A stretch of 42,442 nt of DNA from Ignavibacteria bacterium (GTDB taxonomy: Bacteria; Bacteroidota; Ignavibacteria; Ignavibacteriales; Ignavibacteriaceae): positions 1 through 42,442 of the forward strand of contig JASFSF010000001.1 of the NCBI GenBank assembly GCA_050114555.1, in the 5' to 3' direction. Of the stretch, positions 20,784-30,509 are shown one piece after another. The translations under genes and the position numbers were made by a program. Numbering within the stretch: position 1 is the first letter of the stretch; the number at the start of each line of letters is the position of its first letter. The notes beneath the pieces are model-generated. The model worked only from the letters and a program-made list of their open reading frames with translations. It did no database searches and was not told where the DNA came from.

Positions 20784-23700
20784 GAAGATTAAGTAGTTTA
20801 CATTCAGTCGATACTTTTATCGAACGTAAAATCAGTAATGATAAATATCAAGATATAGTTATTGTAGCTGATAATATAGATGCAATTACTGCTTTATTAG
20901 CTTCTATTGAAGAAATCGAAGCAGTTAATGCTTCCATTACAGATATTATTAATGTTAGTGATAATATTGAAGCAGTTATAACAACAAATGCTAGTATAGA
21001 AGTTATTACTACTTTAGCAGATAACTTAGATAGCATTAATACTATTATTACAGATGTTGTTCCTCATTTAAGTGAAATTTTAGAAGCCTCGACTAATGCA
21101 ACTAATGCTCAACTAAGTGCATGGGAAGCAGAAGCCGAAAAAATGACTGCTAATAGTTATGCTACAGAAACAATAGATACTCCTGTTAAAATTTATACTT
21201 CTAATGGAGATGGTACATTTACAGCTACTGATACTGATCCTATAGAATATTCAGCATTGCATTATGAGTATTATGCAAGTAGTTCAGCAGATGCAGCAGC
21301 TATATCTGAAAGTGCTGCTGCTAATAGTGAAAGTGCTGCCGCTGGATCTGCAATAGACGCAAGTAATTCCGCAAATGCTGCTGCTATTTCTGCAGGCAAT
21401 GCAAGTGCTTATGCAATTGAGACTGAAGGATACCGTGATGATGCAGCTATTAGTGAGGCTAATGCGTCTATAAGTGAATTAAATGCGCTTGATAGTGCTA
21501 ATGCAGCTGCTCTCAGTGAATCAAATGCAGCTACAAGTGAATCTAATGCCGCTGACTGGTTTGATCAATTTAATGATATTTATCTTGGACCATTTGCAGA
21601 TGCACCAATTGTGGATAATGATGGTGATCCTCTGCAAGAGGGAATGCTCTACTGGCATACCGTACAGAAACAACTCTTCGTATGGAATGCTACAGCTCTT
21701 ATTTGGGAAGCTGCTTATTTCTCGGGTTCTGGTGACATCGTTACTCTAAATGATGAACAGGAACTGTATAACAAGAAGCTTGACGATATTTCTAATGAAA
21801 TCGGAGCTGACCATCTCCACTTTAAAGTACGTAATACTAGTGGAGATGATATTTCTATCGGTACAATCGTTATAGGTACAGGTACTCAAACTGGTACAGA
21901 TTATATCGAAATTGAGCCTCAGTCATCTCAAACACAAGTAGCAATCGGTATAACACATAAGTTGCTACACGATAATGATGTCGGTATTGTTACTAATACA
22001 GGTGTTATTGCTGATGTCGATACTCATCTATGGCCGATCAATACAATCCTGTATCCTGACGGTAGCGGCTGGCTTACCGATACGAAGCCAACTGTAGGAT
22101 TTTATCAGGCATGTGCTTATGTACTTAATCAGGATGCTGTAAATGGATCTCTGATGGTAGAGTTTAGTGAGCCTGTCTTTACGGCTTCCACCACTCAAGC
22201 AGGGTATGTTCAACTAGTGGATGATCTAGTTAGTGATGATAATACTAAGGCACTCACTGCTGCTCAGGGTAAAGTATTAAAAGATCAACAGGATTTGCAT
22301 GATGGTTACATCACAGCTTTGCAAGCAATTAATACAGATACACAAGAACCTACCGGTTTCTTAAATCGTACAGATTCTACTATTAGTTTTGATGATGTTA
22401 ATCGCAGACTTACATTAGCACCAGCGGTAACTAGTTTTGATGTTTACATTGAAGGAATTAAACAGACTATTACTACAACAAAGACATTTGATATTCTGGA
22501 TGTTGAAGGTTTACACTTTATCTATTTAACTCCTGAAGGTACTATTGATGCTATAGTTAATGATTGGGACTCTGAAGTTCTTCTTAAAGAAAATGCGTAT
22601 ATTTGTGTTATTTATTGGGATGCTACTAACAGTAAACACATCTACTTTGGAGATGAGCGGCATGGTACAGTGATGGACTGGGCTACCCATGAGCACTTTC
22701 ATACAGCTTGGGGAGCTCAGTTTGTAAATGGATTAGCACTTTCTGATATAATTGCTGATGGTGATGGTAGTTCTAATACACATATTCAGTGTTCTGTAGA
22801 TAGTGGACTAATCCGTGATGAAGACCTAGCTCATTATATTGTTGACGATGATCCGCAAGATCTCTACCCTATTGCTCAAATTCCGCTATACTATAGATCT
22901 GGAGCCTCTGGAGACTGGAGAAAGCTAGATTCTACCGGTTACTTGGTAACTACTGCTGGAACTGGACGGGCTGCTTACAATCAATGGACTGGTTCAACAT
23001 GGCAACTTACTGAGGTAACCAATACTAAGTTTTTGCTTACCCATTTGTATGCTACTAATGACATAGAGAACCCTATTGTTGGTATCGTAGGTCAGGCAGA
23101 ATATGATACTGTTAGTACAGCACGAGATGGAGCTCATAATGAGATTGGGCAGGTGATCGATCTGTTGTTCGAAGAACTAGTTCCCATTGCTACTATTATC
23201 GTGCAGACTGCAGATGCATACACGAATGCAACGCAATCCCGTATCGTTGAAGATGAGGATGGCAACGCCTATGTTGACTGGCGGACCATTCAGATCTCTC
23301 CGTCGGCCTCTCTTGGTGACCACAATATTCTAGCCGGACGCTCTGACCCGAATGCACATCCTGCGTCTGCTATTAGTTTTAGTAATGTTACCAGTGGACT
23401 AGTCGCGGATGACGTTCAGGCTGCTATCGATGAGGTTGAGGATCGACTGGATACCGCTGAAAGCAAGCTCTCTGGTATCGAGGAGAACGCTAAGGATGAT
23501 CAGGTGGCTAGTGAGGTGCCGTTCACTCCAGCTGGGGGTTTATCCAGCACAGATGTTCAGGCTGCCGTTGAGGAACTTGACTCCGAGAAGCAAGAACTAC
23601 TTGTTAGTGGTACTAATATCAAGACTATCAACAGTGAGTCTCTGCTGGGCTCTGGAGATATCGTAATCAGCAGTGGCGATCCGTTTACCACTACCGATGT

Positions 23701-23965
23701 TAAGACAGCGAACTACACGGCGGCTGCCGGAGATCGAGTTCTTATCGACACTACTTCCGGGTCGTTCACGGTGACCCTCCCCGCTACGCCTAATGCCGAT
23801 GATGCGGTTATCATTGTAGATGTCGGATATGACCTAACTACCTACAATCTTACGATTGGTAGAAATGGATCTACAATTATGGAGCTAGCTGAAGATATGA
23901 CTGTAGATCAAGACTACATATCATTTGAGTTGAGATATCTCGACTCTTCATGGAGGATAATTTAA
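20780..23965 (+). CDS. long tail fibre / tail appendage protein (1061 aa), mosaic
   Basis: N-terminal DNIxAI/NASI repeats. Ala/Ser-rich run AAAISESAAANSESAAAGSAIDASNSANAAAIS. Duplicated DVQAA[IV][DE]E motif near the C-terminus. ATGA coupling. Confidence 0.75.
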   Translation: MRRLSSLHSVDTFIERKISNDKYQDIVIVADNIDAITALLASIEEIEAVNASITDIINVSDNIEAVITTNASIEVITTLADNLDSINTIITDVVPHLSEILEASTNATNAQLSAWEAEAEKMTANSYATETIDTPVKIYTSNGDGTFTATDTDPIEYSALHYEYYASSSADAAAISESAAANSESAAAGSAIDASNSANAAAISAGNASAYAIETEGYRDDAAISEANASISELNALDSANAAALSESNAATSESNAADWFDQFNDIYLGPFADAPIVDNDGDPLQEGMLYWHTVQKQLFVWNATALIWEAAYFSGSGDIVTLNDEQELYNKKLDDISNEIGADHLHFKVRNTSGDDISIGTIVIGTGTQTGTDYIEIEPQSSQTQVAIGITHKLLHDNDVGIVTNTGVIADVDTHLWPINTILYPDGSGWLTDTKPTVGFYQACAYVLNQDAVNGSLMVEFSEPVFTASTTQAGYVQLVDDLVSDDNTKALTAAQGKVLKDQQDLHDGYITALQAINTDTQEPTGFLNRTDSTISFDDVNRRLTLAPAVTSFDVYIEGIKQTITTTKTFDILDVEGLHFIYLTPEGTIDAIVNDWDSEVLLKENAYICVIYWDATNSKHIYFGDERHGTVMDWATHEHFHTAWGAQFVNGLALSDIIADGDGSSNTHIQCSVDSGLIRDEDLAHYIVDDDPQDLYPIAQIPLYYRSGASGDWRKLDSTGYLVTTAGTGRAAYNQWTGSTWQLTEVTNTKFLLTHLYATNDIENPIVGIVGQAEYDTVSTARDGAHNEIGQVIDLLFEELVPIATIIVQTADAYTNATQSRIVEDEDGNAYVDWRTIQISPSASLGDHNILAGRSDPNAHPASAISFSNVTSGLVADDVQAAIDEVEDRLDTAESKLSGIEENAKDDQVASEVPFTPAGGLSSTDVQAAVEELDSEKQELLVSGTNIKTINSESLLGSGDIVISSGDPFTTTDVKTANYTAAAGDRVLIDTTSGSFTVTLPATPNADDAVIIVDVGYDLTTYNLTIGRNGSTIMELAEDMTVDQDYISFELRYLDSSWRII

Positions 23966-24801
23966 TGAGTAATATACAAGATTTTTTTGGTGGTAAGACA
24001 GCAATACTAGTGAATCCACCCAAGGCTGCTACCGACAATTTCAGACCTGATCTAGCCACTGCTACTTTCCATATGGAGTACCTAGACATTTTCATGAGCC
24101 CTGACGGGGATGGGAGTTGGTTGGATATAAGTACTGTTACTAATGCTTATGTAAAATATGGAGCTGACGGTGTTGCAGACTGGAGTATTGCTCACACAGA
24201 TATTAATGCGGCAGCTACACAGTGGATTCACGGAGTTATGTGGGATACTGTAGACGATCTTATCTACGTCTGTGCTGCGTCTTCAAGCAATCTGTATTTT
24301 GCCTCTATTGCTCCGATTGCAGGTACAATCACTAATATAGCTACTATCGCACATACTCTAAGTCTCTCCTCCAATGTATACTACCAAGGAATCCAAAGGG
24401 CTATCAACGGATCTGGGGACTTTACTATCATAATGGGTACTAAGGCGATTGATTTCGATGTGACCGGATCAGTAACCGTTGCTGAAGCTGTTAGATTTGG
24501 GGCTAATTATAGTGGTTATGTGACTGAAGACGGTATTGGGCTATCTCTTGCCGTTGCTGATGCAGAGACAAACAGCAGTTCTATTACTGGAAGTCTGGGC
24601 ATCGGTGGGCAGGTAACTTTCTATATTCCACCAGAATTTGGCATAGCGGTGCAGGTTGCCAGTGGGTTCTCTGTCATAGGAAATAGTTTAGCACTTAGGT
24701 GTAATACCGGTTCATCTTATGGGCGCAGATACTTTGACAGAGCAGACTTTGACCGGTTTATGAGAGACCTAGCCAAATCTGCATATGGAGCTGAACTATG
24801 A
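23965..24801 (+). CDS. fibre-associated protein (278 aa), high GC
   Basis: Track ORF trimmed to the ATG at 23965 (GGAGGATAA RBS, TAATG coupling to the fibre gene). Confidence 0.55.
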   Translation: MSNIQDFFGGKTAILVNPPKAATDNFRPDLATATFHMEYLDIFMSPDGDGSWLDISTVTNAYVKYGADGVADWSIAHTDINAAATQWIHGVMWDTVDDLIYVCAASSSNLYFASIAPIAGTITNIATIAHTLSLSSNVYYQGIQRAINGSGDFTIIMGTKAIDFDVTGSVTVAEAVRFGANYSGYVTEDGIGLSLAVADAETNSSSITGSLGIGGQVTFYIPPEFGIAVQVASGFSVIGNSLALRCNTGSSYGRRYFDRADFDRFMRDLAKSAYGAEL

Positions 24802-25244
24802 GAGTAATCTTTCCTATTGAAAAAATAGCAGGTTCCGGTAAGATTATCTACCCTGACGACCGCTCCACATTTAGCAATGTTGTCATTGATGGGTCTAATA
24901 TCATTGCTGATTATAGTGGGCAACTTCCGCTTGATGCGTTCATAGAGTCTTCACTGCCGATTACAGACATCACAGTGACAGGCACACGGTTCAAAGTGGG
25001 AGACGCAATCTCGTTCACATTCACGACAGAGCTTCCAGATGACTCGTACTTTATCCCCTACAGGGTAGATGGTGATGGAAGGAAGTATCTAAAGGATGCA
25101 GTAGTTGCTAACGGAACTGGATCTATCGTTTTCACCTTTGATCGTGGCGGGATCTACTATATTGACAGAGCAGATCTTCTGCTTACTGACTTACATATTA
25201 ATGGGTCAACTGCTGAACGATTCACTATCTATGTAGCAGAGTAA
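24798..25244 (+). CDS. fibre-associated protein (148 aa), high GC
   Basis: Track ORF; ATGA overlap. Confidence 0.55.
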   Translation: MRVIFPIEKIAGSGKIIYPDDRSTFSNVVIDGSNIIADYSGQLPLDAFIESSLPITDITVTGTRFKVGDAISFTFTTELPDDSYFIPYRVDGDGRKYLKDAVVANGTGSIVFTFDRGGIYYIDRADLLLTDLHINGSTAERFTIYVAE

Positions 25245-25348
25245 GTATAGCCTATATCTAGATTAGCTTTCTATGGTATCGTGGGAGTAGCATCTTGGAA
25301 AAGTTATTGGAGCAAAACAAAAAATTGATGATGAAATAAATACAGAAG

Positions 25349-25354
25349 TATAAT
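25349..25354 (+). promoter_or_regulatory. TATAAT -10 (AGAAGTATAATAAGG) upstream of the lysis cluster
   Basis: Same AAGTATAATAA core as at 255-270 and 34091-34106. Confidence 0.4.
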
Positions 25355-25390
25355 AAGGTAAATATAAGTAATTACTACTTGGGGATAAAA

Positions 25391-25930
25391 ATGGAATGTG
25401 AAGAATGCTTTAATAAAAATATCGGTAATGTAAATAGTAGATTAGATTCTATTGAGCATAAAGTAAAACATCTAGAAAATGATGTAACGCACTTAGAAAA
25501 AGAATTCAAACAGCATGAAGAAAGAGTAATCGTATATGCTACGGAAGCAAAAGCTAGTAATAAAGCTATTCATGCAAGATTGGATAAACAAAGTGAAGTT
25601 AATGAGCAATTAATCGAGAGTATGAGTACATTAAATATGACTGTTTCAAAAATTGCTGATGTTGTAACTAAAACTAAAGAAAAGACCGAAGAAAATAGTA
25701 GCTATATTACAGAAGCAGAGATAAAAGAACAAAAAGAAAAGTATGCTGAAGAAAAAGTAAAAAGAGCATTAGCGCCTAGAGTTAGGTTATGGAATCATGT
25801 TAAAATGACAGCGGCTGGATTAATTACATTAGCTGCTTTAACAGTACTTGGTAAACTAGCTTGGATGGCTATCAATATAGATGATCTAATTAATGATGTT
25901 AGAACTGAAAAAACGGTAGGTATAAATTAA
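25391..25930 (+). CDS. coiled-coil protein with a C-terminal TM anchor (179 aa), first gene of the lysis cluster
   Basis: Track ORF (TTG) trimmed to the ATG at 25391. TM segment AAGLITLAALTVLGKLAWMAI. Confidence 0.55.
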   Translation: MECEECFNKNIGNVNSRLDSIEHKVKHLENDVTHLEKEFKQHEERVIVYATEAKASNKAIHARLDKQSEVNEQLIESMSTLNMTVSKIADVVTKTKEKTEENSSYITEAEIKEQKEKYAEEKVKRALAPRVRLWNHVKMTAAGLITLAALTVLGKLAWMAINIDDLINDVRTEKTVGIN

Positions 25931-26139
25931 TGGCTACAAAACAAGAAAAAACAGAACGTCGATGGCTTATAGTTAAAGGATTGCTAATTGGGTTAATTAT
26001 GTATACAATAACTATTGTAGGTATGCATCTATTTAAAATTGATATCAGCCCATTAGATCATCTCACTACTATGGTATTTGGTTTAGTAGGTGGTATGGGT
26101 ATTGGTAATTGGATTACAAAACCAACAGAGGATGATTAA
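25930..26139 (+). CDS. holin candidate (69 aa, 2 TM)
   Basis: Two hydrophobic helices (LLIGLIMYTITIVGM; MVFGLVGGMGIGNWI). Charged C-terminus. TAATG coupling. Confidence 0.55.
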   Translation: MATKQEKTERRWLIVKGLLIGLIMYTITIVGMHLFKIDISPLDHLTTMVFGLVGGMGIGNWITKPTEDD

Positions 26140-26405
26140 TGTTTACTAGAGCTAAAATGTGGTTATACGGATTAAGTACAGGATTAATTGCTTTATTTTT
26201 TAGTGTTTTTATTTATCGAGGTAAAAAGATTAAAGATCAGTATGAGGTTATAAATAAACAAAAACAAGAAGCAAAAATAGCTAAACAATGCCAAGAAAAT
26301 AAAAGCAAAATACAAGAATTTGAAAAACAAAATCAAGTAGAAGCAGAAAAGGCTAAACATGTTGAGAAATCTATTAATACTCCTGATGGTTATTATCAGC
26401 TTTAG
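26139..26405 (+). CDS. i-spanin (Rz-like): N-terminal TM plus charged helical periplasmic part
   Basis: TM segment LYGLSTGLIALFFSVFIY followed by a Lys/Glu/Gln-rich helix. Overlaps the o-spanin start. Confidence 0.55.
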   Translation: MFTRAKMWLYGLSTGLIALFFSVFIYRGKKIKDQYEVINKQKQEAKIAKQCQENKSKIQEFEKQNQVEAEKAKHVEKSINTPDGYYQL

Positions 26406-26658
26406 TGGCTGTACTGCTAAGACAGAGTATATCTATATTAAAACTCAGTGCCCGAATATTAAAGTGCTACCAAAAGTAAAACCTATTGATGTAGAAGTGA
26501 AGACGATAGAACTCAAGGATGGTAACTTTAGTAGTTGTATTTGTGATAGTTATAAAGATAGTGTTTTTAATGGTATTACTCTTCTTAGGAGTACTGAAAA
26601 CTACTATATCGAACAGTTAACTAAGTATAATAAGGAATTTGCAAATGAACTTAAGTAA
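26359..26658 (+). CDS. o-spanin (Rz1-like lipoprotein), overlapped architecture
   Basis: Signal peptide plus lipobox MLRNLLILLMVIISFSGC. The start lies 47 nt inside the i-spanin gene. Confidence 0.55.
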   Translation: MLRNLLILLMVIISFSGCTAKTEYIYIKTQCPNIKVLPKVKPIDVEVKTIELKDGNFSSCICDSYKDSVFNGITLLRSTENYYIEQLTKYNKEFANELK

Positions 26659-27049
26659 AATAGCGGAAAGCTTAATACTGGATGAAGGCTTTGAAGGTAT
26701 GCCATATAAAGATCATTTAGGTAAAGATACTATTGGTATTGGTACTCTATTACCAATAACAAAAGAAGAAGCTATGCTATTGTTAGAAGCTAGATTAGCT
26801 GATAAACTAAAAGAGTTATTAGATAAAAAACCTTGGATTATAAATCTACCAGAAGAGGTACAAACTGTATTAGGTAATATGAGTTATCAACTAGGTATTA
26901 ACGGCTTGCTTAAATTTAAAAAAATGTTAGCAGCATTAGAAGAAGGAAAGTTTACTTTAGCAGCAAGCGAGGGACTAGATTCTAGATGGGCGGAACAAAC
27001 GCCTAAAAGAGCTAAGAAGCTAATGAAGATAATCTCCGATCTAGATTAA
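26645..27049 (+). CDS. endolysin, T4 lysozyme-like (GH24)
   Basis: LILDEGFEGMPYKDHLGKDTIGIGTLL parallels T4 lysozyme [26 protein letters not shown] (Glu, Asp and Thr catalytic positions). ATG at 26645 with an AAGGAA RBS. Confidence 0.8.
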   Translation: MNLSKIAESLILDEGFEGMPYKDHLGKDTIGIGTLLPITKEEAMLLLEARLADKLKELLDKKPWIINLPEEVQTVLGNMSYQLGINGLLKFKKMLAALEEGKFTLAASEGLDSRWAEQTPKRAKKLMKIISDLD

Positions 27050-27078
27050 GGTTAAATTAACTTTAATTTATATATACT
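27050..27078 (+). promoter_or_regulatory. promoter candidate GGTTAA-N17-TATACT within the conserved box TAAGGTTAAATTAA
   Basis: The 14-nt box at 27047-27060 is identical to 30507-30520, with the same N17 geometry. Confidence 0.4.
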
Positions 27079-27094
27079 ATGGTAAAGGATACTA

Positions 27095-27286
27095 ATGCTA
27101 AAATTTATTAAATGGCTTATTACTAAAATATCTGATGAGAATAAAAAAGCTTTACTTATACATTTAATGGATGATATTGTAGATGGAACTACTTCATCTA
27201 TAGATAAAGTTACTGCAGAACGTCTTTTAGTTAAAATTGTTAAAAGTGTCGGTAATAGTATATCAGCATTTATAGTTAGGAATTAG
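27095..27286 (+). CDS. hypothetical protein (63 aa)
   Basis: Track ORF; AAAGGA RBS. Confidence 0.6.
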   Translation: MLKFIKWLITKISDENKKALLIHLMDDIVDGTTSSIDKVTAERLLVKIVKSVGNSISAFIVRN

Positions 27287-27287
27287 T

Positions 27288-27530
27288 ATGCTGACAGAAG
27301 ATTTATTTCTGCCTTCTGAGGGATCTTGGCTAGGAATACCACCATTAGATACTGATACTATTATTTATAACGGATCTGATAAAGAATGTTTAATTAGGTT
27401 TGGTGCTTCTTCTAATAGTTATGGAATGATTTTAAAGCCAGAACAGGTTACTATAGTTGATGAGATAGTTTATATACGAATTCGTAGACCTAGTGGTGGA
27501 CAAAGTGGTACAATAAGGGTTACTAGATGA
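27288..27530 (+). CDS. hypothetical protein (80 aa)
   Basis: Track ORF. Confidence 0.6.
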   Translation: MLTEDLFLPSEGSWLGIPPLDTDTIIYNGSDKECLIRFGASSNSYGMILKPEQVTIVDEIVYIRIRRPSGGQSGTIRVTR

Positions 27531-27862
27531 ATAAACAGGATATAATTGATTTAAGATCTAAAAGTTCTAGTGGTGGGTTAACCCAAACAACTATTAATAT
27601 AATTGAACAAAATACTGGAACACAAGTTAATTATAAACAGTTATATACTGAACTAGAGGTAGAGAGTAGTGTCCCTACTAAGATATATAAGTATGAAGAT
27701 AACTCTAAATCTAATCTTCTATTCGATATCACTATTAATTGGGCTGATAATTTACCTAGTACTATTACTATTATTAATGTAGATGATGATATTACTACTA
27801 CTATCTCATTAACTAATTGGGTAGATGGCATACCTACTCAAATTAACAAAGTTGAAAGCTAA
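27527..27862 (+). CDS. hypothetical protein (111 aa)
   Basis: Track ORF; ATGA overlap. Confidence 0.6.
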   Translation: MNKQDIIDLRSKSSSGGLTQTTINIIEQNTGTQVNYKQLYTELEVESSVPTKIYKYEDNSKSNLLFDITINWADNLPSTITIINVDDDITTTISLTNWVDGIPTQINKVES

Positions 27863-27870
27863 GGATATAT

Positions 27871-28122
27871 ATGAAACATCGTAATAGTACACAATCTATT
27901 GATAAACTAAAAGTAAAGGTAGCTATTGAAGTTAAGAAAAAAGACTCTGATGCTTTTACAAAAGTAGATGAAACAAAAGATTTAGAAATCGTAGTTACAG
28001 AAGAAATTAGAGCTTTACTTATACATAGAAATGAAATTCTGAAAACTTTACAGAAGTTGCAGCAAGAATTTTATGAAGTAGAAAATAAAATTATACAAGA
28101 AGGAAATAAACAATGGCAGTAG
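27871..28122 (+). CDS. hypothetical coiled-coil protein (83 aa)
   Basis: Track ORF; AAGGA RBS. Confidence 0.6.
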   Translation: MKHRNSTQSIDKLKVKVAIEVKKKDSDAFTKVDETKDLEIVVTEEIRALLIHRNEILKTLQKLQQEFYEVENKIIQEGNKQWQ

Positions 28123-28493
28123 CAGTAGTAACAAATCACTATCAAGAGAATATTGTAGATTTACTTGATCCGGCAACAACTAGTGGTGTAACAATAGACT
28201 ATAAAGGTGCATGGGGCAGTGATAATACTGCTTTAAGCGTGACACAGACTAATCTTATCTCAGAAAATCCTGAAACTCGTGTTTCTTGCACAGTGACACA
28301 ACCAAGTGCAGGAGTTCTGCAATTGTTATTTGAAATTGAAGCTACAGCTAATCGAACAGTACAAGAAGCTGGGATATACATTAACGGAGATAATACACTA
28401 GTTCTTAGATGGATTCATGCTCTTCTTAATATTGAAACTGGTGATATCGCTAGATATACAGTAACTGTAGAGCCTAAAGACCCTACTGAATAA
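28113..28493 (+). CDS. putative virion protein (126 aa)
   Basis: Track ORF; 10-nt overlap with the upstream gene. Positional call. Confidence 0.5.
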   Translation: MAVAVVTNHYQENIVDLLDPATTSGVTIDYKGAWGSDNTALSVTQTNLISENPETRVSCTVTQPSAGVLQLLFEIEATANRTVQEAGIYINGDNTLVLRWIHALLNIETGDIARYTVTVEPKDPTE

Positions 28494-28502
28494 GGAATCT
28501 AG

Positions 28503-29021
28503 ATGAGCGCAACAGCTGAATCACTAGCAATGTCAGAAGGTCCAGAAGTATTGCTAGTGCGCTCTCTACAAGCAGATAATCCTGCCTTTACTACTTCAGG
28601 TGATAGATTAGTTGATTGTGTATATGCAGCATTTGCAGATCAAATAACTTCAGCTAATTATTTAAATGATTTCGCATCTTGTATCAATCCTGAATATCAG
28701 TGGTGCCATGCTAAGTTATCTGGTACTACATATCCTAGCTATAATTTAGACTTAGCTGGGTATGATTTAACGCATAGTATTTTTTATACTACAGATTTTG
28801 GTAGATCCCCTGTAGATGATACAGATGCACGAACTAGATTACTAGATTTAATAGCAGTTGAGCAAAATGCAGATTTACTTGGCGAATATGCTATTTGTTT
28901 AATGGCAGTAGGAGGAACACCCACTACGTCACTAGTAAATAGCCTACAGGCTATCGAATATACAGGCGATACCCATCTTACTCATATAATAGCATTGGTT
29001 GAATCTTATGGCCTTATTTAG
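28503..29021 (+). CDS. putative virion protein (172 aa)
   Basis: Track ORF; AAGGAA RBS. Confidence 0.55.
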   Translation: MSATAESLAMSEGPEVLLVRSLQADNPAFTTSGDRLVDCVYAAFADQITSANYLNDFASCINPEYQWCHAKLSGTTYPSYNLDLAGYDLTHSIFYTTDFGRSPVDDTDARTRLLDLIAVEQNADLLGEYAICLMAVGGTPTTSLVNSLQAIEYTGDTHLTHIIALVESYGLI

Positions 29022-30189
29022 TGGTAACTTATTATACCCTAGAAATATTGATCAGGATCAGACTTGGGGTACTAACGTAAAACAATTATCTGGTACAAGT
29101 GCAGCTGATACCTCATTTGCTATTACGTATACTAGTACTACTGCAACTACTCATACTGTAAAACCTTATGTTTCTGAGAATGCATCTTCTACGGATAATA
29201 GAACTAACTATGGTTGGGCATTAAATGAGTCTGCTTCTTCGACAGATGGTATGGGCTCTACATCAACTATGCATAGATATATTCAAGCAGGAACATGGAC
29301 TTTAGCTACAAATATAAGCTATACAGCGCCTGCTCTATTAGCTAGTTATGATATTACTGCAGAATATTCTGTATATCGTGTAGCTACAGGTGGGGGCACT
29401 AGAACATTATTATTTACAGCTACCTCAAATACTGTGGCTGTATCAGTAACTGCTGGTAGCGATACGTTAACAGCAAATAGTTCTCAACCAATAATTGAAT
29501 TTCAGCCGGGTGAAACTTTCCATGTAGCTATTAGAATTACTGCTGCTGCTACATCAGCTACTCTAGGCGGTACTACTGATTCAGTAGTTACAGTAGAAAC
29601 GGGTTCTGCAGGCGGTATTGTAATTACTTTACCATCATTAGGTCTTAAATCACTATATCTAGAAGACGCTCTATCTAGTTCAGTACTAAACTCTTTATCG
29701 AATAAGATACTAAATAGTTATATTGAGGCAGTAACTACTGTTAATGGTAATTTCAATAAATCTGTAAAATGGTATAGAGAATTTACTAGTACTGCTATAG
29801 TTAATTCCTCAGTAGATAAACTACTAGTATTAAATACAGTTATTGGTGCTAATACGATACTTGCTAATGTGAACAAATTACTTATAAAAGATGGTATAAC
29901 TTCAAATATATCAATCGAAACTAATAAGAATATGCTGCTTATAAAACCTACATATAGTTCTAATATAGTTGCAGATAGTAATTATCAAAAGCAAGTAATA
30001 TATAACCGTTCTATAGATGCTGATATATCTGTAGTATCTGATTTCAGTAAACAAGTAATTTATGTAAGAGATGTGGATGCTGTAATAGGTTTTAATTTAA
30101 AATCTAGAATCTGCTTAGATATAGATGATTTACCAGATGCAGGTACTCCTGTAGTTATAAATAAACAAAGATTTATGGAGTGGGAATAA
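29008..30189 (+). CDS. putative tail/virion protein (393 aa) with a C-terminal tandem repeat region
   Basis: Track ORF (TTG) trimmed to the ATG at 29008. Ser/Thr-rich N-terminal half. Repeats such as SNYQKQVIYNRSIDADI / SDFSKQVIYVRDVDAVI. Confidence 0.55.
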   Translation: MALFSGNLLYPRNIDQDQTWGTNVKQLSGTSAADTSFAITYTSTTATTHTVKPYVSENASSTDNRTNYGWALNESASSTDGMGSTSTMHRYIQAGTWTLATNISYTAPALLASYDITAEYSVYRVATGGGTRTLLFTATSNTVAVSVTAGSDTLTANSSQPIIEFQPGETFHVAIRITAAATSATLGGTTDSVVTVETGSAGGIVITLPSLGLKSLYLEDALSSSVLNSLSNKILNSYIEAVTTVNGNFNKSVKWYREFTSTAIVNSSVDKLLVLNTVIGANTILANVNKLLIKDGITSNISIETNKNMLLIKPTYSSNIVADSNYQKQVIYNRSIDADISVVSDFSKQVIYVRDVDAVIGFNLKSRICLDIDDLPDAGTPVVINKQRFMEWE

Positions 30190-30509
30190 TGAGATACCAA
30201 TCTAGTGAAAATACATTTCTTGGGGGAGTATTTGGGACAGGATCTACTGTCACAATTAAAATTATATGGCCTAAAAAAACTGGAGATATATTAGTTAATG
30301 TAACTTCTAATACTTGTAAAGAATCGGAAGTAGAATCTGGCTTATTCGAGTTTTTTACAGAAGATATTACAGATACTTTTACTACTCCGGTACATTTATC
30401 GTATATTATGACAGATGGATCAGAAAAGCAGTATGGAAAATTTATTTTTGGTGGATATGTAGATAATATAGCATCTAAAGGTGATGTGTATGCTGCATCT
30501 ATTTTATAA
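30189..30509 (+). CDS. hypothetical virion-module protein (106 aa)
   Basis: Track ORF (GTG 30180) trimmed to the ATG at 30189 (TAATG coupling). Confidence 0.55.
   Translation: MRYQSSENTFLGGVFGTGSTVTIKIIWPKKTGDILVNVTSNTCKESEVESGLFEFFTEDITDTFTTPVHLSYIMTDGSEKQYGKFIFGGYVDNIASKGDVYAASIL

Noticed and set aside
20780-25244. Diversity-generating retroelement acting on the fibre C-terminus
   Set aside because: There is no reverse transcriptase gene, and no template/variable repeat pair is visible in the window. The internal DVQAA duplication is an ordinary fibre motif.
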